DNA of 64,000 nt from Haplodiscus bocki (Eukaryota): contig OZ296649.1 of the NCBI GenBank assembly GCA_965655095.1, positions 148,924,001 through 148,988,000 on the forward strand, read 5' to 3'. The number at the start of each line of letters is the position of its first letter. The stretch's first letter is position 1. Positions 10,112-23,633 of this stretch are shown one piece after another. The position numbers and the translations under genes are program-made. The notes under the pieces are model-generated. The model made no database searches. It was not told the origin of the DNA and saw nothing but the letters and a program-made list of their open reading frames with translations.

Positions 10112-13100
10112 TCAGAGGAGTTGAAAATTGGAGAGAGTGGTATCTATGAAATTTAAAGAGTCGGTTAATTATTTTGTATTTTTTAGTAAAATACCGATAT
10201 GGAAAGTGTTCAAAAATTAGAGAGACCGGTTACTTGAACGAAATCTAGTAACCTAGCAAAGAAGAAATGAACGGTTGAAGAGATGCATCTTGATGAGTTT
10301 GTTAATTTTCAGATAACTGTGAGATAGAATCTTTAAATGTTAAGAAGCAGGAAGAGATATTTTTGTTGTTCGTCAAGTATCAACAAGAGATATTTTGTTG
10401 TTTGTTAAGTAGCAGCAAGAGAGCTTCTGTTATTTGTCAATGGTAGCAAGAGAGCTTTTGTTGATTTTAAGTACCAGCTGAATGAGTCGAAGGTAAGCGA
10501 TGAATGAAGAGAAGAAATTATTGAGCTAAACTATTTTGCAGTGGAAAAACTAATGAGTGGTTGAGGACTTCGTATCATGGAATTTTGTTGGCTAGCAGCG
10601 AGTTTGACTTGGGAGGTAACTTAACGTTCTAGAAAGTTGTTTTGAATTCCGAAGCGTATATTGGTTATATAATGTCGAGGATCGAGTTCAAAGAGTATCT
10701 ATCGAAAACAACAATATTCGTACCGGTGCAATCCCAACGCTCGGTTAGTCACTCCGTCAAAAAATGATCTGATTCGTAGGCGAATTTCATAAGAGAGATA
10801 AATGTAGGTTCTAAGAAACTGTTTGGATTTTTGAATAGTTCATTAGTCTTTCAAAATCTCGGAAAACGAAGTCAAAACAATTACAAAATTGAAAGTTTAA
10901 ATTGTTTTGATATACGGTGTAGTTATGAACAGACAAAGGGATTAATTGGAAGGATAATAACTTGGAAAAACAGAGGCTGTCTGAACTGATTTGAGCTATT
11001 TTTGTCCCGAGTGAAAATAATATTTAGATGGAGGTATATGGGTCCGGTAGTCTTTGACAGGTCGTCGAAGACGGCGGGTTGTTCGGGATTCAGAATATAC
11101 GGAAGTTTGGGAAGATGTTGCGCCTAGTGGAGGCGCTGTTGGTGTTATGATATCAGTTTGAATTGTATTTGCTTGATCATTCAGCGTAGTAGGCGGTTGT
11201 TGAGAATTATCAAAGATTAATTGAGACGAAGTGTCGTCATCAGTGGAATTTATCGAGGTTTGGTGCCTGTCAGTCAGAAAGAAATCTGGTGTAGTCTCGT
11301 TGCCAGAATCTTCTAGCGAATCGCAAGGTTATCGCTCGGGTGCACATATTTCACCGGCCGGGTTAAACGAGGATATGGTTATATGTCGCTTAAAAGAAAC
11401 CGTTTTATATTGTTGGAAAAGTTACTCTAAATGGGGGACAACGGGATAAAATGGGATCAAATGGTTTCGGAGTGCGAACAAAACATTTCCTTGATGTGAC
11501 AGTAACTGATATTTAACATTTTACTCGACGCATTGTATTTGTAGAACCATCTGGAACCCATGATTATTAATGTGATTGAGGGCTGTAGTCCCATACACCA
11601 TAAAAATCTTGATCCAATGGGGTCGCTTGCAGGGAACTTTGAATACGAATGAGATAATTTTGCTGTCCTGAATCAGTTAAGAAAACAAGAGTTTGAGGAG
11701 ATTCCAACGTTCGGTTAGACCCTGGACCGGAAAGTTCCAAGAGAAAGCTGACATGACTCTGACAGTCATACCTAGTAACAGCATGATACCTAACCATTGT
11801 CCTCGGATAGTAACTTTGTCGATCACGTTAATGTTATATTAACGTCTTAGTATTGTATACATAAACTTTAGTTGTTTTTGTATATGAGAGGGAACATTGG
11901 TAAGCTAAGAGAGTAGTTGCCTTAGCTCTGATAAACAAATCACCACGTGGTTTATTGTAGGCAACGTCATGTGGATTTGTACTACAATCATCAAGTCGAT
12001 TAAGGTTAAACCGGCGTACGTTAAGACGTTCTCGACAATAATAATGAATTGCCAATATGTTGTTAATTTGGTCTTGATTGACAGTGTGAGTTTGATCTTC
12101 AAGAAGTTCGTCGTTCAGGAGAGGGAACTGGAAAGCTTAGAAGAGCTGGAGTATGATAATATTGAACATGGATTATTAAAGGTAGCACTTCCACGAGGAG
12201 TGCAAGTAGATGGATCAAAATTGAATTTTAGGCTTGAAAAAAACGAGGCAGGTGAGGTTCTATAAGTTATATCTGGGCAGAAAAGTGGAACGGGACGAAC
12301 ATATAATCTTTTAAAACAAACGCGAATGGAGAAGCGAATTTCTAAATTGGGTTTATAAAGGATGGCAAATTCCTTAGGCTTTTATGCGGGACTAAGACTT
12401 AAAGAGCGATTTATATTAACAATGTCATCGGATTCAAGAAGGTTATCAAAACAAAATCCGGTAGAAAGAAAATTAAAGGACTGTGCGTTTTGATGGGTAT
12501 TTCAAAAGTTCTGGAGAGAGGGAGGTAAATCATGTGATGAATTTAAACTGAAACATTGAATGTGACGTTCGAGACAAGTAGTCGTATCCAAAGATGAATG
12601 CTCAAGAGATGTAGGATTAACTAAATCATGAATTGGACGAGGAAAAAGGTCAGTAGTTGACAATAATGCAATATTTAAATTACGAGACGGGTTAGTATTG
12701 GGCGTAGAAGGTGAACGAGAGGTAAGTGGTGTATTAGATTGGCGAGGAGAGGAATGAACATAGTTTGTGAGTTTGTTAGTTGTGTTAAATTACTTGGAGA
12801 CATTACAATTATAGTTCCTCTGATAAGGGAAAAAATACGAAAAAATTTAGTACTTCCAGTAATGTTGAAGTCATCGTCAGATAAAGTTATGGCATCATAA
12901 GAAAGGATTATGGTATCATTAAATTCGTTTCCTGGGAGAATATCGGGGAGTGGTCTACTTGGTAAAATATTCTGGTTACGATATGGTGAAGCAATTTTTG
13001 AAAAGATTAAAAAACTACCTATGTGAGATGAAACGCGAAGAAGACGTTTGAATTTCGTTGTTTGAGGGCTGAAAAATCACAGGAGTTGAAAAATGCAGAG

Positions 13101-16100
13101 AGTGGTATCTATGAAATTTAAAGAGTCGGTTGACTAGTTTGTACTTTTCGGGAAAATACCGATATGGAAAGTGTTCAAAAATTAGACAGACCGGTTACTT
13201 GAACGAAATCTAGTAACTTAGCAAAGAAGAAATGAACGGTTGAAGAGAAATGACTTCAATTTTCAAATAACTGATAATTAGAATCTTTAAATGTTAAGAA
13301 GCAGCAAGAGAGACTTTTGTTGTTTGTCAAGTATCAACAAGAGATATTTTGTTGTTTGTTAAATAGCAGCAAGAGAGCTTCTGTTATTTGTCAAGTAGCA
13401 AGAGAGCTTTTGTTGATTTTAAGTACCAGCTGTATGAGTCGAAGATAAGCGCTGAATGAAGAGAAAAAATTATTCAGCTAAACTATTTTGCAGTGGAAAA
13501 TCTAATGATTGATTGATGACTTCGTATCATGGAAATTTGTTGGCTAGCAGCGAGTTTGACTTGGGAGGTAACTTAACGTTCTAGAAAGTTGCTTTGAATT
13601 CTGAAGCGTATATCGATTATAAAATGTCGAGGATCGAGTTCAAAGTGTATCTATCGAAATCAACAATATTCGTAACGGTGCAAACCCAACGCTCGGTTGG
13701 TAACTCCGTCAAAAAACGATCTGATTGGTAGTCGAGTTTCACAAGAGAGATAAATGTATGTTCTACGAAACTGTTTGGATTTTTGAATAGTTTATTACTC
13801 TTTCAAAATGTCGGAGATTGAAGTCAAAACATCTACAAAACTGAAAGTTTAATTTGTTTTGATAGGCGGTGTAGTTATGAACAGACAAAGGGATTATTTG
13901 GAGGGATAATAATTCTGAAAAACAGAGGCTGTCTAAACTGATTGAGCTATTTTTATCCCCAGTGAAAATAATATTTAGATGGAGGTATATGGGTCCGGTA
14001 GTCTTTGACAGGTTGTCGTCGAAGACGGCGGGTTGTTCGGGATTGATAATATCCGGAAGTTTGGGAAGAAGTTGCGCTTACTGGAGGCGCTGTTGGTGTT
14101 ATGGTATCAGTTTGATTGGTATTTGCTTGATCATTCAGCGTAGTAGGCGGTTTTTGAGAATTATCAAAGATTAATGGAGACGAAGTGTCGTCATCAGTGG
14201 AATTTATCGAGGTTTGGTGCCTGTCAGTCAAAAAGAAATCTGGTGTAGTCTCGTTGCCAGAGTCGTCTAGCGAATCGTAAGGTAATCGCTCGGGTGCATA
14301 TATTTCACCGGCTGGGTTAAACGAGGATATGGTTATATGTCGCTTAAAAGAAACCGTTTTATATTGTTGGAAAAGTTATTCTAAATGGGGGACAACGGGA
14401 TAAAATGGGATCAAATGGTTTCGGTGTGCGAACGAAATATTTCCTTGATGTGACAGTAACTGATATTTCACATTTTACTCGACGCATTGTATTTGTAGAA
14501 CCGTCTGGAATCCATGATTATTATTGTGATTGAGGGCTGTAGACCCATACACCAAAAAAATCTTGATCCAATGGGGTCGCTTGCATGGAACTTTGAATAC
14601 GAATGAGATAATTTTGATGTCCTGAAAACAATAGTTTGAGGAGATTGTATGGTTCGGTTAGACCGTGGACCGGAAAGTTCCAAGAGAAAGCTGACATGAC
14701 TGTGATAGCCATTCCTAGTAACAGCATGATACCTAACCATTGTGCTCGGATAGTAACTTTGTCGATCATGTTAATGTTTAGTCTTAGTATTGTATACATA
14801 AATTTTAGTTGTTTTTGTATATGAGAGGGAACATTGTTAAGGTAAGACAGTAGTTGCCTTAGCTCTCATAAACAAATCACCACGTGGTTTATTGTAGGCA
14901 ACGTCATGTGGATTTGTACTACAATCATCAAGTCAATTAAGGTTAAACCGGCGTACGTTAAGACGTTCTCGACAATAATAATGAATTGCCAATATGTTGT
15001 TAATTTGGTCTTGATTGACAGTGTGAGTTTGATCTTCAAGAGGTTCGCCGTTCAGGAGAGGAAACTGGAGAGCTGAGAAGAGCCGGAGTATGATAATCTT
15101 GAAAATGGATTTAAAAAGGTAGCAGTTCCACGAGGAGTGCAAGTAGATGGATCAAAATTAAATTTTAGGCTGGCACAAACAAACGAGGCAGGTGAGGTTC
15201 TATAGGTTATATCTGAGCAGAAAAGTGGAAAGGGACGAACATATAATCTTCTAAAACAAACGCGTATGGAGAACTGAATTTCTAAATTGGGTTTGTAAGG
15301 GATGGCAATTTCCTTAGTCTTTTTTGCGGGACTGAGACTTAAAGAGCGATTTATATTAACAATGCCATCGCATTCAAAAGTGTTGTCAAGATAAAATCCA
15401 GTAAAAGAAAATTAAAGAACTGTGCATTTTGATGGGTATTTCAAAAGTTCTGGAGAGAGAGAGGTAATTCATGTGATGAATTTAAACTGAAGCATTGAAT
15501 GTGACGTTCGAGACAAGTAGTCGTATCCAAAGATGTAAGCTCAAGAGATGTAGGATTAACTAAATTATGGACTGAACGAGGAGAAAGGTCAGTAGTTGAC
15601 AATAATGCAATATTTAAATTACGAGACGGGTTAGTTTTGGGTGTAGAAGGTGAACGAGAGTTAAGAGGTGTATTAGGTTGGCGAGGAATGAACATAGTTT
15701 GTGAGTTTGTTAGTTGTGTTAAATTACTTGGAGACATTACAATTATAGTTCCTCTGATAAGGGAAGAAGTACGAAAAAATTTAGTACTTCCAGTGTTATT
15801 GAAATCATCGTCAGATAAAGTTATGGCATCATAAGTAAGGATTATGGTATCGTTAAATTCGTTTCCTGGGAGAATATCGGGGGGTGGTCTGCTTGTTAAA
15901 ATACTCTGGTTATGATATAGAGAAGCAATTTTTGAAAAGATTAAAAAAAACTACCTACGTGAGATGAAACGTGAAGAAGAGGTTTGAATTTCGTTGTTTG
16001 AGGGCTGAAAAATCACAGGAGTTGAAAAATGCAGAGAGTGGTATCTATGAAATTTAAAGAGTCGGTTGACTAGTTTGTACTTTTCAGTAAAATACCGATA

Positions 16101-19100
16101 TGGAAAGTGTTCAAAAATTAGACAGACCGGTTACTTGAACGAAATCTAGTAACTTAGCAAAGAAGAAATGAACGGTTGAAGAGATGCATCTTGATGATTT
16201 TGTTAATTTTCATATAACTGTGAGATAGAATCTTTAAATGTTAAGAAGCAGGAAGAGATATTTTTGTTCTTCGTCAAGTATCAACAAGAGATATTTTGTT
16301 GTTTGTTAAGTAGCAGCAAGAGAGCTTCTGTTATTTGTCAATGGTAGCAAGAGAGCTTTTGTTGATTTTAAGTACCAGCTGAATGAGTCGAAGGTAAGCG
16401 ATGAATGAAGAGAAGAAATTATTGAGCTAAACTATTTTGCAGTGGAAAAACTAATGAGTGGTTGAGGACTTCGTATCATGGAATTTTGTTGGCTAGCAGC
16501 GAGTTTGACTTGGGAGGTAACTTAACGTTCTAGGAAGTTGTTTTGAATTCTGAAGCGTATATCGATTATAAAATGTCGAGGATCGGGTTCAAAGTGTATC
16601 TATCGAAAACAACAATATTCGTACCGGTGCAATCCCAACGCTCGGTTAGTAACTCCGTCAAAAAACGATCTGATTCGTAGGCGAATTTCATAAGAGAGAT
16701 AAATGTAGGTTCTAAGAAACTGTTTGGATTTTTGAATAGTTCATTAGTCTTTCAAAATCTCGGAAAACGAAGTCAAAACAATTACAAAACTGAAAGTTTA
16801 AATTGTTTTGATATGCGGTGTAGTTTTGAACAGACAAAGGGATTAATTGGAAGGATAATAACTTGGAAAAACAGAGGCTGTCTGAACTGATTTGAGCTAT
16901 TTTTGTCCCGAGTGAAAATAATATTTAGATGGAGGTATATGGGTCCGGTAGTCTTTGACAGGTCGTCGAAGACGGCGGGTTGTTCGGGATTCAGAATATA
17001 CGGAAGTTTGGGAAGATGTTGCGCCTAGTGGAGGCGCTGTTGGTGTTATGATATCAGTTTGAATTGTATTTGCTTGATCATTCAGCGTAGTAGGCGGTTG
17101 TTGAGAATTATCAAAGATTAATTGAGACGAAGTGTCGTCATCAGTGGAATTTATCGAGGTTTGGTGCCTGTCAGTCAGAAAGAAATCTGGTGTAGTCTCG
17201 TTGCCAGAATCTTCTAGCGAATCGCAAGCTTATCGCTCGGGTGCACATATTTCACCGGCCGGGTTAAACGAGGATATGGTTGTATGTCGCTTAAAAGAAA
17301 CCGTTTTATATTGTTGGAAAAGTTATTCTAAATCGGGGACAACGGGATAAAATGGGATCAAATGGTTTCGGTGTGCGAACAAAACATTTCCTTGATGTGA
17401 CAGTAACTGATATTTCACATTTTACTCGACGCATTGTATTTGTAGAACCATCTGGAATCCATGATTATTAATGTGATTGAGGGCTGTAGTCCCATACACC
17501 ATAAAAATCTTGATCCAATGGGGTCGCTTGCATGGAACTTTGAATACGAATGAGATAATTTTGCTGTCCTGAATCAGTTAAGAAAACAAGAGTTTGAGGA
17601 GATTCCATGGTTCGGTTAGACCCTGGACCGGAAAGTTCCAAGAGAAAGCTGACATGACTCTGACAGTCATACCTAGTAACAGCATGATACCTAACCATTG
17701 TCCTCGGATAGTAACTTTGTCGATCAAGTTAATGTTATATTAACGTCTTAGTATTGTATACATAAACTTTAGTTGTTTTTGTATATGAGAGGGAACATTG
17801 GTAAGCTAAGATAGTAGTTGCCTGAGCTCTGATAAACAAATCACCACGTGGTTTATTGTAGGCAACGTCATGTGGATTTGTACTACAATCATCAAGTCGA
17901 TTAAGGTTAAACCGGCGTACGTTAAGACGTTCTCGACAATAATAATGAATTGCCAATATGTTGTTAATTTGGTCTTGATTGACAGTGTGAGTTTGATCTT
18001 CAAGAGGTTCGTCGTTCAGGAGAGGGAACTGGAAAGCTTAGAAGAGCTGGAGTACGATAATATTGAACATGGATTATTAAAGGTAGCACTTCCACGAGGA
18101 GTGCAAGTAGATGGATCAAAATTGAATTTTAGGCTTAGAAAAAACGAGGCAGGTGAGGTTCTATATGTTATATCTGGGCAGAAAAGTGGAACGGTACGAA
18201 CATAAAATCTTTTAAAACAAACGCGAATGGAGAAGTGAATTTCTAAATGGGGTTTATAAAGGATGGCAAATTCCTTAGTCTTTTTTGCGGGACTAAGACT
18301 TAAAGAGCGATTTATATTAACAATGCCATCGGATTCAAGAAGGTTATCAAAACAAAATCCAGTAGAAAGAAAATTAAAGGACTGTGCGTTTTGATGGGTA
18401 TTTCAAAAATTCTGGAGAGAGGGAGGTAAATCATGTGATGAATTTAAACTGAAACATTGAATGTGACGTTCGAGACAAGTAGTCGTATCCAAAGATGAAT
18501 GCTCAAGAGATGTAGGATTAATTAAATCATGAATTGGACGAGGAAAAAGGTCAGTAGTTGACAATAATGCAATATTAAAATTACGAGACGGGTTAGTATT
18601 GGGTGTAGAAGGTGAACGAGAAGTAAGTGGTGTATTAGATTGGCGAGGAGAGGAATGAACATAGTTTGTGAGTTTGTTAGTTGTGTTAAATTACTTGGAG
18701 ACATTACAATTATAGTTCCTCTGATAAGGGAAAAAGTACGAAAAAATTTAGTACTTCCAGTAATGTTGAAATCATCGTCAGATAAAGTTATGGCATCATA
18801 AGAAAGGATTATGGTATCATTAAATTCGTTTCCTGGGCGAATATCGGGGAGTGGTCTACTTGGTAAAATATTCTGGTTACGATATGGTGAAGCAATTTTT
18901 GAAAAGATTGAAAAACTACCTATGTGAGATGAAACGCGAAGAAGAGGTTTGAATTTCGTTGTTTGAGGGCTGAAAGATCACAGGAGTTGAAAAATGCAGA
19001 GAGTGGTATCTATGAAATTTAAAGAGTCGGTTGACTAGTTTGTACTTTTCAGTAAAATACCGATATGGAAAGTGTTCAAAAATTAGACAGACCGGTTACT

Positions 19101-22100
19101 TGAACGAAATCTAGTAACTTAGCAAAGAAGAAATGAACGGTTGAAGAGAAATGACTTCAATTTTCAAATAACTGATAATTAGAATCTTTAAATGTTAAGA
19201 AGCAGCAAGAGAGATTTTTGTTGTTCGTCAAGTATCAACAAGAGATATTTTGTTGTTTGTTAAATAGCAGCAAGAGAGCTTCTGTTATTTGTCAAGTAAC
19301 AAGAGAGCTTTTGTTGATTTTAAGTACCAGCTGTATGAGTCGAAGATAAGCGCTGAATGAAGAGAAAAAATTATTCAGCTAAACTATTTTGCAGTGGAAA
19401 ATCTAATGATTGATTGATGACTTCGTATCACGAAAATTTGTTGGCTAGCAGCCAGTTTGACTTGGGAGGTAACTTAACGTTCTAGAAAGTTGTTTTGAAT
19501 TCTGAAGCGTATATCGATTATAAAATGTCGAGGATCGAGTTCAAAGTGTATCTATCGAAATCAACAATATTCGTAACGGTGCAAACCCAACGCTCGGTTG
19601 GTAACTCCGTCAAAAAACGATTTGATAGGTAGTGCGAGTTTCATAAGAAAGATAAATGTAGGTTCTAAGAAACTGTTTGGATTTTTGAATAGTTCATTAG
19701 TATTTCAAAATCTCGGAAAACGAAGTCAAAACAATTACAAAATTGAAAGTTTAAATTGTTTTGATATGCGGTGTAGTTATGAACAGACAAAGGGATTAAT
19801 TGGAAGGATAATAACTTGGAAAAACAGAGGCTGTCTGAACTGATTTGTGCTATTTTTCTCCCGAGTGAAAATAATATTTAGATGGAGTTAGATGGGTCCG
19901 GTAGTCTTTGACAGGTTGTCGTCGAAGACGGCGGGTTGTTCGGGATTGATAATATCCGGAAGTTTGGGAAGATGTTGCGCTTACTGGAGGGGCTGTTGGT
20001 GTTATGGTATCAGTTTGATTGGTATTTGCTTGATCATTCAGCGTAGTAGGCGGTTTTTGAGATTTATCAAAGATTAATGGAGACGAAGTGTCGTCATCAG
20101 TGGAATTTATCGAGGTTTGGTGCCTGTCAGTCAAAAAGAAATCTGGTGTAGTCTCGTTGCCAGCGAATCGTAAGGTAATCGCTCGGGTGCATATATTTCA
20201 CCGGCTGGGTTAAACGAGGATATGGTTATATCTCGCTTAAAAGAAACCGTTTTATATTGTGGGAAAAGTTATTCTAAATGGGGGACAACGGGATAAAGTG
20301 GGATCAAATGGTTTCGGTGTGCGAACAAAATATTTCCTTGATGTGACAGTAACTGATATTTCACATTTTACTCGACGCATTGTATTTGTAGAACCGTCTG
20401 GAATCCATGATTATTATTGTGATTGAGGGCTGTAGACCCATACACCAAAAAAATCTTGATCCAATGGGGTCGCTTGCATGGAACTTTTAATACGAATGAG
20501 ATAATTTTGATGTCCTGAACCAGTTAAGAAAACAATAGTTTGAGGAGATTGTATGGTTCGGTTAGACCGTGGACCGGAAAGTTCCAAGAGAAAGCTGACA
20601 TGACTGTGATAGCCATTCCTAGTAACAGCATGATACCTAACCATTGTGCTCGGATAGTAACTTTGTCGATCATGTTAATATTTAGTCTTAGTATTGTATA
20701 CATAAATTTTAGTTGTTTTTGTATATGAGATGGAACATTGTTAAGCTAAGACAGTAGTTGCCTTAGCTCTCATAAACAAATCACCACGTGGTTTATTGCA
20801 GGCAACGTCATGTGGATTTGTACTACAATCATCAAGTCGATTAAGGTTAAACCGGCGTACGTTAAGACGTTCTCGACAATAATAATGAATTGCCAATATG
20901 TTGTTAATTTGCTCTTGATTGACAGTGTGAGTTTGATCTGCAAGAGGTTCGCCGTTCAGGAGAGGAAACTGGAGAGCTGAGAAGAGCCGGAGTATGATAA
21001 TCTTGAAAATGGATTAAAAAAAGGTAGCAGTTCCACAAGGAGTGCAAGTAGATGGATCAAAATTAAATTTTAGGCTGGCACAAACAAACGAGGCAGGTGA
21101 GGTTCTATAGGTTATATCTGAGCAGAAAAGTGGAAAGGGACGAACATATAATCTTTTAAAACAAACGCGTATGGAGAACTGAATTTCTAAATTGGGTTTG
21201 TAAAGGATGGCAATTTCCTTAGTCTTTTTTGCGGGACTGAGACTTAAAGAGCGATTTATATTAACAATGCCATCGGATTCAAGAAGGTTATCAAAACAAA
21301 ATCCAGTAGAAAGAAAATTAAAGGACTGTGCGTTTTGATGGGTATTTCAAAAGTTCTGGAGAGAGGGAGGTAATTCATGTGATGAATTTAAACTGAAACA
21401 TTGAATGTGACGTTCGAGACAAGTAGTCGTATCCAAAGATGAATGCTCAAGAGATGTAGGATTAACTAAATCATGAATTGGACGAGGAAGAAGGTCAGTA
21501 GTTGACAATAATGCAATATTAAAATTACGAGACGGGTTAGTATTGGGTGTAGAAGGTGAACGAGAGGTAAGTGGTGTATTAGATTGGCGAGGAGAGGAAT
21601 GAACATAGTTTGTGAGTTTGTTAGTTGTGTTAAATTACTTGGAGACATTACAATTATAGTTCCTCTGATAAGGGAAAAAGTACGAAAAAATTTAGTACTT
21701 CCAGTAATGTTGAAATCATCGTCAGATAAAGTTATGGCATCATAAGAAAGGATTATGGTATCATTAAATTCGTTTCCTGGGCGAATATCGGGGAGTGGTC
21801 TACTTGGTAAAATATTCTGGTTACGATATGGTGAAGCAATTTTTGAAAAGATTAAAAAACTACCTATGTGAGATGAAACGCGAAGAAGAGATTTGAATTT
21901 CGTTGTTTGAGGGCTGAAAGATCACAGGAGTTGAAAAATGCAGAGAGTGGTATCTATGAAATTTAAAGAGTCGGTTGACTAGTTTGTACTTTTCAGTAAA
22001 ATACCGATATGGGAAGTGTTCAAAAATTAGACAGACCGGTTACTTGAACGAAATCTAGTAACTTAGCAAAGAAGAAATGAACGGTTGAAGGGAAATGACT

Positions 22101-23633
22101 TCAATTTTCAAATAACTGATAATTAGAATCTTTAAATGTTAAGAAGCAGCAAGAGAGATTTTTGTTGTTCGTCAAGTATCAACAAGAGATATTTTGTTGT
22201 TTGTTAAATAGCAGCAAGAGAGCTTCTGTTATTTGTCAAGTAGCAAGAGAGCTTTTGTTGATTTTAAGTACCAGCTGTATGAGTCGAAGATAAGCGCTGA
22301 ATGAAGAGAAAAAATTATTCAGCTAAACTATTTTGCAGTGGAAAATCTAATGATTGATTGATGACTTCGTATCATGGAAATTTGTTGGCTAGCAGCGAGT
22401 TTGACTTGGGAGGTAACTTAACGTTCTAGAAAGTTGTTTTGAATTCTGAAGCGTATATCGATTATAAAATGTCGAGGATCGAGTTCAAAGTGTATCTATC
22501 GAAATCAACAATATTCGTAACGGTGCAAACCCAACGCTCGGTTAGTAACTCCGTCAAAAAACGATCTGATTCGTAGGCGAATTTCACAAGAAAGATAAAT
22601 GTAGGTTCTATGAAACTGTTTGGATTTTTGAATAGTTCATTAGTATTTCAAAATCTCGGAAAACGAAGTCAAAACAATTACAAAATTGAAAGTTTAAATT
22701 GTTTTGATATGCGGTGTAGTTATGAACAGACAAAGGGATTAATTGGAAGGATAATAACTTGGAAAAACAGAGGCTGTTTGAACTGATTTGAGCTATTTTT
22801 CTCCCGAGTGAAAATAATATTTAGATGGAGTTAGATGGGTCCGGTAGTCTTTGACAGGTTGTCGTCGAAGACGGCGGGTTGTTCGGGATTGATAATATCC
22901 GGAAGTTTGGGAAGATGTTGCGCTTACTGGAGGCGCTGTTGGTGTTATGGTATCAGTTTGATTGGTATTTGCTTGATCATTCAGCGTAGTAGGCGGTTTT
23001 TGAGAATTATCAAAGATTAATGGAGACGAAGTGTCGTCATCAGTGGAATTTATCGAGGTTTGGTGCCTGTCAGTCAAAAAGAAATCTGGTGTAGTCTCGT
23101 TGCCAGAATCTTCTAGCGAATCGTAAAGTAATCGCTCGCGTGCATATATTTCGCCGGCTAGGTTAAACGAGGATATGGTTATATGTGGCTTGAAAAAAAA
23201 CCGTTTTATATTGTTGAAAAAGTTATTCTAAATGGGGGACAACGGGATAAAATGGGATCAAATGGTTTCGGTGTGCGAACAAAACATTTCCTTGATGTGA
23301 CAGTAACTGATATTTCACATTTTACTCGACGCATTGTATTTGTAGAACCGTCTGGAATCCATGATTATTGTTGTGATTGAGGGCTGTAGACCCATACACC
23401 AAAAAAATCTTGATCCAATGGGGTCGCTTGCATGGAACTTTGAATACGAATGAGATAATTTTGATGTCCTGAACCAGTTAAGAAAACAATAGTTTGAGGA
23501 GATTGTATGGTTCGGTTAGACCGTGGACCGGAAAGTTCCAAGAGAAAGCTGACATGACTGTGATAGCCATTCCTAGTAACAGCATGATACCTAACCATTG
23601 TGCTCGGATAGTAACTTTGTCGATCATGTTAAT

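Larger units (their letters stand above)
1..11832. repeat. Subfamily block, copies 1-4 (highly similar)
   Basis: Shared diagnostics: ctgataaaacaaatc, gtatttcgaaag, aagaataaaaaagtacctttg, gagatgcatcttgatgag. The last ~1.2 kb of copy 1 differs more. Confidence 0.8.
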
